Virus record (IMG/VR): IMGVR_UViG_3300031992_000055
Location: 1-64,000 of that record
Reading direction: 5' to 3' (one strand)
DNA from: a virus
Taxonomy: Duplodnaviria > Caudoviricetes
Length of the DNA stretch: 64,000 nt
The notes under the pieces were generated by a model. It saw nothing but the letters and a program-made list of their open reading frames with translations. It did no database searches and was not told the origin of the DNA. Position 1 is the stretch's first letter, and every line of letters starts with the position of its first letter. Shown here one piece after another: positions 1 to 10,998 of the stretch. Both the position numbers and the translations under genes were made by a program.

Positions 1-3000
1 TTCATTTAAGAAGGGTAAGAAACAGAATTTTAATCCATTTTTATCAAAGTTCTTAATAAATCCTATACTGCCCTTCTTTTTATTCCTCATTCTTACAGTA
101 GTTATTCTATCTACTTCTTGGAGGAATATATTGAACATCTCATCGACAATCTTGTTTTTATAATCAGAACCTGTATAAGCATTGAGTCTTATAAATTCTG
201 AAGAAGGCTTATTAGAAAGCATTGGAACTCTAAACCATGCAGGCATAAAGTCTATCTCTCCTTTGTTATGTTCAGACCAATATTGTGTAAGTAAAGACAG
301 CGCATACTCTCCATCAGTCATATTTTCCATATAACTGTGGCTATTAAAACTTAATTCTACTTTATGACCAATAAGAGAATCCTCTCCTCCTATTCTGCTG
401 CCATTACTATTATATAGTCTTTGCATCATTGAAAGTCTCCATCTTCCATCTTTATAGAACCATTCAGATTTACCATACTCTTCCATTAAGAACTGTTTAA
501 AATTCTTTTGGTCTCTAAATTTATTCATTAATTTGGTAAGGAAAGAGGGAATAACATAGGATTGATACATATTTCCATTATCAAAGAATGAAGATATGGC
601 AGTATTTTCCATATGGTCAGCAATTGGCTGTAGAAATTGCTCTATTGTTCCTCCGATGTCAAGACCTTTCTTAAAGGCAAAGGGTTGATAATTTTTTATA
701 TTTTCTCTTAGTACATCGTTTAATTTTTCTGTTATCTTTTTAAGAGCAAATGTCATATTGTATATGTTAGTATAGTCAATAACATTTGCCCAGACATCTT
801 CTGGAACTTCAAGTCCCAAAGTTTTAGCTGCAATTCTTAGATATTTATATGCCTTTTTTCTCTCTTCTTCAGAAAGTTCTATTTTAATACCTGAAGCAGA
901 ATCTTTATAACCTAATTTCTTTTGCTCTTCTTTTTCTCTTCTTGTTTTTTCATTTGCATTAGCAAAGGATTTTAGTTCTTTAAGGCACTCTTCTAGAGTA
1001 GCAAGAGCAGTAGAATTAATTTCTCCTGTGCTTGTAAATAAAGGATGTTCCCCTAAATCATATTTTGATTTAATGGTTCTCATCATAACAGTTTGTGCAA
1101 AATGTTCATTTATAGGAATACTTACAAACTTACCGTTTTTATTTCTCACTACACAGTACAACTGGAAATGTTTATTCATTACTCCAAAGAACTGACTTTG
1201 GAAGTCTGCTTCTTTTCCTGTTTTATCTTGTAATCTTAATATTAATTGTTTCAGCCATGGGTTTTTGTCTTTCTGAAGATTTAATTTATCAATCATATCT
1301 TGCAGAGTTAAGGAGCCTTTGGTCCATCTAAGAATACTTTGGACAGCCTCTCTTTTATCTACTCTTTCAGGAATTCCCCATTTAGACAGTATTTTATTAC
1401 CATCAGCGTCTAACTTATAACAGTTATGAAGAGCATTCCTTACTAATTCAGACATAGAATTCATGACATCCACAGTTCTTGCTTTTATCTGCCAATGCTC
1501 TTGCTCATCAGCTTCCATTTCAAGAATACTGTCAACATCAATCTCATTACCATCATTGTCTAATAGCTTAAGAGTTTGCTTGATTATATCAAATCCATCT
1601 TTTGCGTGACTTTTTGATATTCCAAAACCTTCATTCATTACAAAGTAATCAGCTGCAAACTCCATAAGAGCATCCCAATTATCCACAAGAAGCCATGCTT
1701 GTTTTCTTGTTTTTCTATCATGAATAGCCCTATTGCCTTCTGCATCTGTATGGTCTAAGAATATACTCTTAGCATAATTAATAAAATTATCTAAGCCTAT
1801 TATAGTTACAATGTCTTTTCTAGACTTATCTGATAAGTCACTTGTAATATTTAATTGAGGAAAATACTTCTTTGCAGCTTCTGGGTCTTGTTGAATTTCA
1901 GTAATAAGATCACTAATAGAATTAACAACCAATTCTGCAGTATGTCTTACTTCTACAGAATCAATTATTGAATTATCCATCAGATTATTGATTTGTTCAT
2001 TTAATTTCTTATACTGATTTAACTTGTCTACAGTTTTTGCATCCTTTTTGAGGTCTTCTTTACTTTTTGCAGCAAGAACTCTCATGATCTTCTCCAGAAT
2101 CTTGTTGTTGTCTTCTTCAGAATTATCCTCATCTATTTCTGTATCCAATACTTCCAATTCTGAGATTTTCCAACTCTCATCTTCTGGAATAGCAATTGAT
2201 TCTGTTAGTCCTGCCAGTCTTTCAAAATTAGGCAGGCTTACAGTTGTTTTAGGAGATTCTTCAGGCATGTTATCAGTATTAAGAGGAGTATTTTCTAAAC
2301 GTCCTTCTTTTCCTTTTATTGCCTCAGAGACAAAATTCTCAAAAGAAACAAATCCTCTATCTTCATTTCCAGAATATATGAGTGTTATCTTTTTATACTT
2401 AGAGAGAGTATTAAGATTATTGAATTCTTTATCTACAGAAAGAGTGGCAGGATACTGTTGTCCTTCTATTTGGATATTTATCATATATCCATCATCAATT
2501 TCAAGAATAGATACAATTTCTCCTGTTTCTTCACCCTCAACAGTCTCTCCATTTTGTTTGTACTTAGTAGCTACTACTACATCTTTTCCTTTAACAGCTT
2601 CGAATATTTTATCAGCTGAAGTAGTTTTAGACTTTTCTTCATAGGATACTACGTCTCCCTTTAAATTAGTAGCATTAATAAGGTCTCTTAAAGTCATGTG
2701 ATTGAAGTCAGCTAAGGTCAAACTCTTTAACTGATCATCTGTAAATGCTCCAAATGTTTCAGCTAATGCTTTCCACATATCAAGCATCCACTTCTTTAAT
2801 TTTGCAATGATGCCTTTTTCTCCTTGTTCTATAGCTTTTTCTAGTATAAACTTAGAGCCTTGTTCTCCTACAAGTCTTGAATGTACTTCAGAAGCAATCA
2901 GAAACTCTAATTTTTCAGGTTTCATTTTACCTTCTTCTACTTTCTTTTTCCATTTTAAGCCATAGTTAGGATCATTTTCAATTTCTTGCCATAAAGAAAC

Positions 3001-6000
3001 CTTCTTTCCTTCTTTTACATAAAGGAATTTCTTTAGTAATTCTACTCCTCGCTTCCAGAGTTTTGGATTTCTTTTTGCTACAGCATTATCCCAAATATGA
3101 GTGTATTCATGAATAGGATGTTCTAAGTCTATGATATCTTCATCAAGATACATTTCATCAGTTTCTGGATCTATGAAGCCATAGATTTTTACTTCTCCAG
3201 TTGTGGTTTTGAGGATATAGAAGGGAAGATTTTTATCCTTTATTTCTTGGGCTACATTTTGCTTATTCTTGCTTGGAATAACATCAATATAGTGAAGCAC
3301 ACCGTCTCTTGTTTTCAGCACATTTACTGATCGTGCGTCTTCTATAATTTCTTCTGTTTCAGTATTTTCATAAATAGGACCATAGTCACCTTCTCCTTTA
3401 TATTCAAATCCTCTTTTTTCCATATCAGCTTTGATTTCAGCAGTAGTGGCTATAATAGCATCTTTGATGTGAGGCTGTCTGAGAAGAAGCCTAAATTCTC
3501 CTTGTTGAGTTTGCCCTACACCTATTATTTCTATTTGGCAAGTTGGGTCAAATTCATTTTGTAAAAGGATTCTTTCTATAGCTTCAGCTAAGTCAAATTT
3601 TGCAGTAGAAAGACTTTGGAGTTTTATGGCACTATTTCCTATAAAATATACACTGGATTCAGTACCACTTTTTGGGGAGGGCTCCCCATACCTTTCTTTA
3701 GCTATGACTTCTATTTGTTCTTGCCATTCTCCTGTTTTTTGGAGGTATCTTCTGACCAGATTGAGGGTCTTTTCCACCTGTCCCGATCTGCCTGAAGTTC
3801 TATATCTTTCTCTGCCAAATCGTGATAATGTTGTGAGTATGGTGGCAAGTCTATTCTGTCCCAAAACTTGGCTATCTGTACCTTTGATTCTGATTTCTCC
3901 ATTTTGAATTCTATTTATTAGTTCATTAAATATTTCTATAGTAGTATCATCAAGTTTATTATCTGATTCAAGTTGTTGTGCAAGATTATTGAGAAATATA
4001 TTTGCTTGTTGCAAAGATATAACATCATCCCTGCTTTCTGCAAATTTTTCATCAAAAATATTAGCATCATCTGCGACTGCCAATTGAATATCATCATTCT
4101 CAGTAGAGAATGTACCAATGTTATCAGTGGCTGATTTTATTTGATTAGGCTTTTTTGCTGCATACCAAACTGTTTCATCATCAAAACGATGAATCATTCC
4201 ATCATTTTTAGATGTCATGTCTCCTTCAGAAGGATTAAAGACAGCCAAGAAGACGGGCATGTTGATATTACCTAAGGAAGTGCCTTTCGAGTTAGCAAAA
4301 TAGAAACCTTTACCAAATATATTGCTTCCGGTTAAAGTAGCAAGGAAAGCTCTAAATTTGGAGAATTTAGTAAACTCATTTTTAGTATTATGGTAAACTA
4401 CTAACGGTTCACCATTCTCATCTACTACTTTTGAGGCATTAGTAGAGTCATTTATCCAATCTCCAAACCATTTGATGAAATTCTTGGTTCTGACTTGCAG
4501 CCACTGTCTCTCATTAAGATTGGACTTTTTGCCATTAGGAGCAAGCATGAAAGTGCCGTCTGCAAGAGCCCTTTCTTTTATCTCTTGCATTTCTCTCTGT
4601 TCTTCAAATGCTTGTCTTATTCTATCATAGCCTTCTTGGGGATGCTCTCTGAAGAATTTGTCCATAGCATCCCTCCATCTGACGTTTGTAATATTAGCAT
4701 TGATATGAGTAGTAAACTGAGATATAAGAGACTGCTTTATAGCATAGTTTTTGACATCCTCTTTAGACAGCATCCATTGGCCCACAGTTACACCGTCAAT
4801 TGTTTTGTCAAAATACATTGCTCCAGCTTCTCTTAAAGCATCTGCTAATGCTTTTTCTCCTTCGTTAAGGTTATCAGATGCAATATTTGTAATACTATCT
4901 GTAATAAGTACTGCTCCTTGTCTTATAGCTTTTAAAGCCTCTCTTATAGTACGTTGCTGTTCTCTTTGTCTAATCTCTTCTGTTCCTTCTTTTCCTGGGA
5001 TACTTACAAAGACAGTATCTCTTTCATCATATTGTCCTGTATTGGCTTTGTCTCCTGCTTGTTTTGCATATTCTGCAGTAGGAGAGTTTTCTATACCTTC
5101 AGCAAATCCAATAAATTTATTAGTTATGCTTCTCTTTACAGCAATAGCTTTATCTGTAGATATTAGAGGAGTGCTATCAGAAGGTGTATCCTCTGTAGAT
5201 TGTCTGGTCTGCTGAGTGGGAGAACTATTAATAGATTGTAATGCCAATCCATAGCCTTTATATCCTTCTCTAGTATTTTTTTGTATCTCTGAAATGATAC
5301 CAAATCTATTCTTTAATTCAGCTTGCAGCCATTCTGCAAATCTATAAGGCAAAGCAGCTTTACCTTTACCCATTTGTCCAGGAAATACTATTTTCTTTAG
5401 ACCAGATGCTTCAAGTCTTTGGAACATAGCAAGGTTAGCTGCTTTAAATAGTTCAAAGTCATCATCGGTATCTTTAAATTGTCCTTCTTCTTGTAAAAAT
5501 CTGACTTGCCCTTTTTTCTGCTGATACTTCTTTACAATAATACCAAAAGCATTAGGAGAAAGTTGTATTTGTCCTCTATCCTTAATTGCTCTAATACCTG
5601 CTTGATTATCTCCCCCCATGTCAGAGACATCTAACTTTACTTTGTCTCCTTTAAGATAGCCGTCTTCTATCCAAGAATCATCAAGTCCTAATGCTACAGC
5701 ATTTGCTTGAGCATTTTCAGTAAATATATAAGCAGTATCTGTATTATTTTGAGGATCTCCTTTTCTGTATTTAGTAGAAGTAATCTGTATTTGTTTATCT
5801 CCTATAGTTACCCACTCTCCCACATTACCTGTGTTTTTAGTTGTAGAAGTGTCAGAAGTAGGCGAAGCAGGAGAAATATTAGATGTAGTAGTAGGAGCCT
5901 TATCTAAAGCAGTTTTAAAGGCTTGCTCTGCTAAGCCTAATATAATACCTCGCATAGTAGATTTATTGTCTACATATACAATTTCTCCTGTTCTCTCAGA

Positions 6001-9000
6001 TATAATATCTTGAGTATTAGTTACAACATATCCATAACCTCTGTAATTGACAACTACTGCTCTTCCTTCTCTAATAGCAAGATTAGCAAATATTTTATTT
6101 CTATGAGTTCTTTGTGTCTCTTTATTTGCAAAAACCTCTTTGCCTTCTTCATTATAGATATGCTCTCCTTCTACATAATAGTTTCTTCTTGGTTGCCCAG
6201 GAGATCTATAAGATATTTCTCTTCTTCCAGGAAGCTCTTTAATATCTTGAGCTTTCTTCCAAGTTTCAGATAAAGCTGTTTGTGTTTTTTCTTTTGCTGC
6301 CTGTGTTAAATCAGAATAGAGTCTATACTTATATCCTTTTTCTTTTAAATAAGCAATTAAGTTACTGTCTTCTCTTTCTACTAAGAATGTAGCCTCTTTA
6401 AAGGAGTCTATAGCAATTGTAGTATCTATATCTACAGGTTGGTTTATTCTTCCAGATTCTCTTCTAAGTAAAATTGTAGAAGGTTTCCAGCCCTCGCTAT
6501 ACAAGTCTCTATTAGTAACTGACATAACAGCTTTAGATCCTGAAGTATATCCTACATTATAAGATACTTGTCCATCATAAGGCTCTTCCTGAGGCCCTCT
6601 TTCTGGTTTATGACCTTTGGTTGTAATAGCATTTAAGACTTTTACTGTAGGGGTGTCTTCTCTTACAACAAATTTATTCCCAACTTTTTTATAAGGACTC
6701 CTATCAACTTCACCTATAAATCCTTCCGCCTGTAAGGTAGCATCTGAAGTAGTTAATACCTCCTTATTTTCATCCTCTTTATTAGAGTCTTCTCTTACAG
6801 AAGAATTCTGTAAGTGATTGAGAGGAGAATCTTCTACTTCTACATTAGTAGAAATAATAGTAGCAGTAGTAGTAGCTCTAGACACAGCTACATATTTTAA
6901 CTGCTGTCTAATATTTGCTAATTCTGATGCTGTCTTCTCTTCTGTAGAGGATTGAGTTCTTTGTTTGGTTTTCATTGGTTCATTAGGAGCAGAAGCCATA
7001 AGGGAACCAGTATTAATTCCCATGCTTTCTGCAATTTTTCTCCAATTAAATCCAATAGGCTTCTTTTCTCCTTGAGGGATAATATCCTCATTGGCAGCCC
7101 GTGCATCTGCTTCTGATAAGTCTGGTCTAGAAGCCTCTTCCATAGCTTCTTCAACAGTACCCATAGCCTGCCTTTCTCCATCCTCTTTTAATCCTTCTGC
7201 TGTAGATATATCTACATCATCAATGAGTACATGAGTAAAAGTAGAACCTTGAGATTTATGTACAGTCATAGCATAGCCAAAGTCAATGACTTTTTCTTGG
7301 ATAGTTCTATCTCCAATCATTATATCAGCATTGACAAAGTTATACTTGCCTAATCTATAAAACTCTTTGAATAATTGTTTTCTAATAGTTGCATCTTTAG
7401 TTGCAATTGCTTTTGCCCAAAGATCATCCCTTATCTGAGCTAGTTTTAAAGCTTGCTCATAGTTTTTTTGATTACCTTTTACATCTATATATTCAAAAGT
7501 ATCTAATTCACCTAAAGCATCTTTTAGAGTTATAGGAATTATATCAAACTCAAAACTTATTATTTCTTCATTTTTATAAGTATGATCTTTAACTGTTCTT
7601 ACTTCTCCTACATTAGTAACAGTATAAGATTCAGAATTTACAAATCTATAAGTATTCTCTCCCCTTCCTTTCTGTCCCCAATTTTGATATCCTACAACAG
7701 GTTCTCCAATTCTAGGTATATAATCATGATACCCTAAAAGATCTCTTACTATTTTATTGTAATTTTCTACTGCCGCCTTATGATATGCTAAGATTCTAAA
7801 AGAGTCTGCGTCCTCTTTTAATCTAGGAATAAAGTGACGTATTACCTTATTAATTTCTTGTCTATTTGAGGATTTAATATAAGCAACTCCTTCTCCTTTA
7901 GGATTAAATTTAGATCTTTTAGTAAGAGGCCTGTTATTACGGAGATTTGTTGCTTCTTCTAGAATAGCATTATCTCCAGTCCTTTCAACTTTTTTTAATT
8001 TGAGGAGATTGCTCTTATAAGTATTATCTCTAAATACAATTGAAATCCTATCTTCTCCAACAGGAGCTAACTGAGCTTCATCTCCTACAAATATTATTTT
8101 AAGCCCAACAGCTTCGGCTGTATTTATTATTTTCTTATACAGCTTCTCATTAATCATAGAAGCCTCGTCTATAACAACAATGCTTCCTTCAGGAAGTTTA
8201 TCTGTGTCTCCTTGAGCTAGAAGATGTGCTTTAGTATCAAATTGCTTGGTATCATCAGCAGCTAAGTAAAGGTTAAGTACTCTATGGATGGTAGTAGTCC
8301 AGAAATCTCCTACTCTAGAAACTTTTTTCTTTAATACTCCAGCAGCCTTATTAGTTGTAGCAGAAAATATTATATTTTTTCCCTTTTCTTTCTGTATTTT
8401 AGCAGCAAGAATTTCCATAAGAGAAGTTTTTCCTGTACCGGCATATCCTGATAATGTCATTACATTATTGTCAGGATTAGAAGAATGGATAAAAGCATCC
8501 ATAGCAAGAAGAGCATCTTGCTGTTCATTGTTTAACTGAAAAGGTGTTTCTACAGTTATTCCATCTTTGAAGGTAAAAGTGTGTCTTACTGATTCTACTG
8601 ATAATTGAATATCATCATTTTCTTCTATATCAGTTGCTGTGTTAGCATTTGTTCTAGAAGTCTGCTGCATCTGTTCAGTAGATATGCCTTGAGAGTGTAA
8701 TAAATTCTCAAAATCTTCTTGCTCTCTATCCATAAGAGAGATTTCATCAAGAATTTGCTTTTTAGTCATTTTATCAATGGCTTCTATCAAACTCTTAGTT
8801 TCTTCAGAAGATATGTTACTATGTTGAATAAGATTTTTATAAGCAGTTTTTAATTCTTCCTCATCCATGAAGACAAACTGTCTCTTATTACTATCATGGA
8901 TTTGTAGTAATGAATTTCTTGATGTATGGCTTAATGTCATTCCAAAATGGTTTCTTCCAGCACTAGAATTTTTATTGAGAAAATCTTCTAATGTTGAAGG

Positions 9001-9363
9001 CATCTTTTCAACAGGCTGTTTTACAGTTAAAACATAATTTCCTTCTTCTGTAATATGATAAGTCACAGCCTCTTTAGGAAATACTTTTAAGGCTTTAGCC
9101 ATGGCTTTTTGTGCCTCTTTTAAAGTCTTAAATTCTTGAGGAGTATTATATTTAATATTCCACAGTTTTCTGACTGCTTCTATAGGTTCCTCATATCTTA
9201 CATTTCCTAATTTTGCTTGAATATATACATCTGTTGGATAGAACTCATCAGACCCAGTTTCAATCCAATACTGGTGAACAAGCATTTCTAAGGTTTCAGT
9301 ATTAATATTGTTACGTTTGGCCAATTTTTTAAACTGACTACTGCTTATATTTACGCACTCCAT
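1..9363 (-). CDS. Giant (>3121 aa, C-terminally truncated by window) polyvalent virion protein, probably crAss-like virion RNA polymerase/ejection protein; helicase, ART, kinase and metallopeptidase domains
   Basis: ATG at 9363 (MECVNISSSQFKKLAK...). Frame reads open at every point translated and the track lists no terminated ORF in it. Motifs GYAGTGKT, DEASM, GDEAQL, YAMTVHKSQG, YVAVSRA; WFGDW..VVDENGEPLVVYH..QIKSATDN; EDARSVNVL..YID; HEYTH. RNAP identity is inferred; the catalytic motif was not seen in the window. Confidence 0.85.
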   Translation of the reverse strand, partial: MECVNISSSQFKKLAKRNNINTETLEMLVHQYWIETGSDEFYPTDVYIQAKLGNVRYEEPIEAVRKLWNIKYNTPQEFKTLKEAQKAMAKALKVFPKEAVTYHITEEGNYVLTVKQPVEKMPSTLEDFLNKNSSAGRNHFGMTLSHTSRNSLLQIHDSNKRQFVFMDEEELKTAYKNLIQHSNISSEETKSLIEAIDKMTKKQILDEISLMDREQEDFENLLHSQGISTEQMQQTSRTNANTATDIEENDDIQLSVESVRHTFTFKDGITVETPFQLNNEQQDALLAMDAFIHSSNPDNNVMTLSGYAGTGKTSLMEILAAKIQKEKGKNIIFSATTNKAAGVLKKKVSRVGDFWTTTIHRVLNLYLAADDTKQFDTKAHLLAQGDTDKLPEGSIVVIDEASMINEKLYKKIINTAEAVGLKIIFVGDEAQLAPVGEDRISIVFRDNTYKSNLLKLKKVERTGDNAILEEATNLRNNRPLTKRSKFNPKGEGVAYIKSSNRQEINKVIRHFIPRLKEDADSFRILAYHKAAVENYNKIVRDLLGYHDYIPRIGEPVVGYQNWGQKGRGENTYRFVNSESYTVTNVGEVRTVKDHTYKNEEIISFEFDIIPITLKDALGELDTFEYIDVKGNQKNYEQALKLAQIRDDLWAKAIATKDATIRKQLFKEFYRLGKYNFVNADIMIGDRTIQEKVIDFGYAMTVHKSQGSTFTHVLIDDVDISTAEGLKEDGERQAMGTVEEAMEEASRPDLSEADARAANEDIIPQGEKKPIGFNWRKIAESMGINTGSLMASAPNEPMKTKQRTQSSTEEKTASELANIRQQLKYVAVSRATTTATIISTNVEVEDSPLNHLQNSSVREDSNKEDENKEVLTTSDATLQAEGFIGEVDRSPYKKVGNKFVVREDTPTVKVLNAITTKGHKPERGPQEEPYDGQVSYNVGYTSGSKAVMSVTNRDLYSEGWKPSTILLRRESGRINQPVDIDTTIAIDSFKEATFLVEREDSNLIAYLKEKGYKYRLYSDLTQAAKEKTQTALSETWKKAQDIKELPGRREISYRSPGQPRRNYYVEGEHIYNEEGKEVFANKETQRTHRNKIFANLAIREGRAVVVNYRGYGYVVTNTQDIISERTGEIVYVDNKSTMRGIILGLAEQAFKTALDKAPTTTSNISPASPTSDTSTTKNTGNVGEWVTIGDKQIQITSTKYRKGDPQNNTDTAYIFTENAQANAVALGLDDSWIEDGYLKGDKVKLDVSDMGGDNQAGIRAIKDRGQIQLSPNAFGIIVKKYQQKKGQVRFLQEEGQFKDTDDDFELFKAANLAMFQRLEASGLKKIVFPGQMGKGKAALPYRFAEWLQAELKNRFGIISEIQKNTREGYKGYGLALQSINSSPTQQTRQSTEDTPSDSTPLISTDKAIAVKRSITNKFIGFAEGIENSPTAEYAKQAGDKANTGQYDERDTVFVSIPGKEGTEEIRQREQQRTIREALKAIRQGAVLITDSITNIASDNLNEGEKALADALREAGAMYFDKTIDGVTVGQWMLSKEDVKNYAIKQSLISQFTTHINANITNVRWRDAMDKFFREHPQEGYDRIRQAFEEQREMQEIKERALADGTFMLAPNGKKSNLNERQWLQVRTKNFIKWFGDWINDSTNASKVVDENGEPLVVYHNTKNEFTKFSKFRAFLATLTGSNIFGKGFYFANSKGTSLGNINMPVFLAVFNPSEGDMTSKNDGMIHRFDDETVWYAAKKPNQIKSATDNIGTFSTENDDIQLAVADDANIFDEKFAESRDDVISLQQANIFLNNLAQQLESDNKLDDTTIEIFNELINRIQNGEIRIKGTDSQVLGQNRLATILTTLSRFGRERYRTSGRSGQVEKTLNLVRRYLQKTGEWQEQIEVIAKERYGEPSPKSGTESSVYFIGNSAIKLQSLSTAKFDLAEAIERILLQNEFDPTCQIEIIGVGQTQQGEFRLLLRQPHIKDAIIATTAEIKADMEKRGFEYKGEGDYGPIYENTETEEIIEDARSVNVLKTRDGVLHYIDVIPSKNKQNVAQEIKDKNLPFYILKTTTGEVKIYGFIDPETDEMYLDEDIIDLEHPIHEYTHIWDNAVAKRNPKLWKRGVELLKKFLYVKEGKKVSLWQEIENDPNYGLKWKKKVEEGKMKPEKLEFLIASEVHSRLVGEQGSKFILEKAIEQGEKGIIAKLKKWMLDMWKALAETFGAFTDDQLKSLTLADFNHMTLRDLINATNLKGDVVSYEEKSKTTSADKIFEAVKGKDVVVATKYKQNGETVEGEETGEIVSILEIDDGYMINIQIEGQQYPATLSVDKEFNNLNTLSKYKKITLIYSGNEDRGFVSFENFVSEAIKGKEGRLENTPLNTDNMPEESPKTTVSLPNFERLAGLTESIAIPEDESWKISELEVLDTEIDEDNSEEDNNKILEKIMRVLAAKSKEDLKKDAKTVDKLNQYKKLNEQINNLMDNSIIDSVEVRHTAELVVNSISDLITEIQQDPEAAKKYFPQLNITSDLSDKSRKDIVTIIGLDNFINYAKSIFLDHTDAEGNRAIHDRKTRKQAWLLVDNWDALMEFAADYFVMNEGFGISKSHAKDGFDIIKQTLKLLDNDGNEIDVDSILEMEADEQEHWQIKARTVDVMNSMSELVRNALHNCYKLDADGNKILSKWGIPERVDKREAVQSILRWTKGSLTLQDMIDKLNLQKDKNPWLKQLILRLQDKTGKEADFQSQFFGVMNKHFQLYCVVRNKNGKFVSIPINEHFAQTVMMRTIKSKYDLGEHPLFTSTGEINSTALATLEECLKELKSFANANEKTRREKEEQKKLGYKDSASGIKIELSEEERKKAYKYLRIAAKTLGLEVPEDVWANVIDYTNIYNMTFALKKITEKLNDVLRENIKNYQPFAFKKGLDIGGTIEQFLQPIADHMENTAISSFFDNGNMYQSYVIPSFLTKLMNKFRDQKNFKQFLMEEYGKSEWFYKDGRWRLSMMQRLYNSNGSRIGGEDSLIGHKVELSFNSHSYMENMTDGEYALSLLTQYWSEHNKGEIDFMPAWFRVPMLSNKPSSEFIRLNAYTGSDYKNKIVDEMFNIFLQEVDRITTVRMRNKKKGSIGFIKNFDKNGLKFCFLPFLNE

Positions 9364-9387
9364 ATTATATCTTTTTAAATTTTTAGG

Positions 9388-9418
9388 CAAAAATATAGTA
9401 ATATATATAGTAAACAAA
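9388..9418 (-). promoter_or_regulatory. Bacteroidota sigma-A promoter of the giant gene
   Basis: TTTG (9415-9418), 19 nt, TATTTTTG (9388-9395) on minus strand, 24 nt upstream of ATG. Confidence 0.7.
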
Positions 9419-9465
9419 CTTTCTTAAAAAGATATTTTATTTTTATAAGAATAATAGTAAAAAAA

Positions 9466-9500
9466 TAAGAGAGATAGTACAAAGTACCATCTCTCTCTTT
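9466..9500. terminator. Intrinsic terminator ending the replication-module transcript
   Basis: agagagat-agtac-aaa-gtac-catctctct hairpin flanked by A and T runs, below ORF 9614. Confidence 0.6.
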
Positions 9501-9613
9501 TAATATATATTCTTAATTTAAAGAAGGAAAATTTCTTTTTCTCTTAATTATTATATAAGATTTCTTTTTTCAGTGTTTGAATAGACTCTAACACTTCTTT
9601 TTTCTTTATATTA

Positions 9614-10075
9614 TTAGTCTTTTTTCTGATTTTTTTCCAATCTGAATTCTTCGTCAGTAACTTCATCTATAAATGTTTTTAATTTGTGGAACCACACCCA
9701 ATCAAACTCAGCACTGTTGTTGTATGAGAATCTATAACCAATAATGATAGGAGTATTAATATCTTCTTCATCAAAAGCAAGAGTTTCTCTGGTTCTTCCA
9801 GAGAAGCATTTCCATATCTGATTGAGTACATCAATATCTTCTTGAGTCTTGGGTACTACACACTTGTACTTGTTTTCATCACTACCATCAATAACATCAG
9901 TGTCTATGTCAGTAGCAATAGTGAACTTTGCAGTCTTTCCCATAAGCACTCCAACTGCTGATTTCTCATACTTTTCACACTCTTCTTTGGAGACAAAGAT
10001 AGTACCATCAATAGCCTCATAAGTGATTTCAATAATCTCTTTTACTTCTTGTTTTGTTGTTTTAATCTCTTTCAT
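9614..10075 (-). CDS. Hypothetical protein
   Basis: ORF track; start moved to MKEIKTT to avoid overlap with thyX. Confidence 0.7.
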   Translation of the reverse strand: MKEIKTTKQEVKEIIEITYEAIDGTIFVSKEECEKYEKSAVGVLMGKTAKFTIATDIDTDVIDGSDENKYKCVVPKTQEDIDVLNQIWKCFSGRTRETLAFDEEDINTPIIIGYRFSYNNSAEFDWVWFHKLKTFIDEVTDEEFRLEKNQKKD

Positions 10076-10079
10076 AGTG

Positions 10080-10670
10080 TTAACCTTTAAATTCGTACTT
10101 ACTGCGTTCTTGCAATATAATGTTAATTCTATATTCAACCAAGTCATCATTACCTTTAGGGCTATGTATATAGCCACAAGGATGAATCTCAGGACAGAAG
10201 GACCTGTATAAACAGGTAGGTACACAAGCCTTAGCAAGTATAGGCTCTATATCTTTAAGTTGTCTTACTACTTCTTGCCATACTTTCCTGGTCTCTTTCT
10301 CTGCATGATTACAAAGCCTTACTCTACTTATGTGTATAATCTCTTGAGCATTAATAAATAACCTCATATTCACAGGATCGGTCTTCTTCTGCTCTTCTCT
10401 AGGAAGTTGATTACCATCAATGTCAGGTCTTGCTGTAGACACAAAAGGCTGTGCATGCACATGTCTTACAAGATGTACAGAGACATAGTAAGGAATATCA
10501 TACAAGTCAATATTGTAGATAAGGCATCTCAAAGGAGAATGTTCTGCTCTTATCATGTTTTTCTTAAACTCTTCAGAAGGCTCCTTGTCTATAGGAGCCT
10601 TCCTCTGAGTAAATCTGGCAGCATTGAGAACATCTTTCCAAGATGTTACTCTATTTATCTTCACTTCCAT
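10080..10670 (-). CDS. thyX: FAD-dependent thymidylate synthase (ThyX-like)
   Basis: AEHSPLR, SVHLVRH, RLCNHA, C-terminal CLYRSFCPE motifs. Confidence 0.75.
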   Translation of the reverse strand: MEVKINRVTSWKDVLNAARFTQRKAPIDKEPSEEFKKNMIRAEHSPLRCLIYNIDLYDIPYYVSVHLVRHVHAQPFVSTARPDIDGNQLPREEQKKTDPVNMRLFINAQEIIHISRVRLCNHAEKETRKVWQEVVRQLKDIEPILAKACVPTCLYRSFCPEIHPCGYIHSPKGNDDLVEYRINIILQERSKYEFKG

Positions 10671-10998
10671 CTTCTTTCTTTTTGTCTTCTATATAAATTC
10701 TTTTTTTAAAGTCATCAATAATTGCTTTCAGCTCATCTCCATCACTAATAGACCAATGCTCTCCTCCAGGAATAGTAATATCAAAGTAAAAGCCTTCTTT
10801 CTTTTCTGCATCTTCCTTAGATACTCCACAAACTGTTTTGGTAGTTACAGTAAGATGTTGATACTCATCTGATCTACTGTTTGTATCTGGCTCTTGTACA
10901 TAGGTTACAGAGATTTCTTCAATACCCACAAGGTTTACTGTAAGGTCTTTTCTCATCTCTTCATCCAGACCATAGTTATAAGGTACTATCTTTATCAT
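10651..10998 (-). CDS. Hypothetical protein
   Basis: ORF in operon, overlapping neighbours. Confidence 0.7.
   Translation of the reverse strand: MIKIVPYNYGLDEEMRKDLTVNLVGIEEISVTYVQEPDTNSRSDEYQHLTVTTKTVCGVSKEDAEKKEGFYFDITIPGGEHWSISDGDELKAIIDDFKKRIYIEDKKKEDGSEDK

Noticed and set aside
2024-8539. Short ORFs listed on both strands in the first 9 kb
   Set aside because: Shadow frames of the single 9.4-kb minus-strand gene
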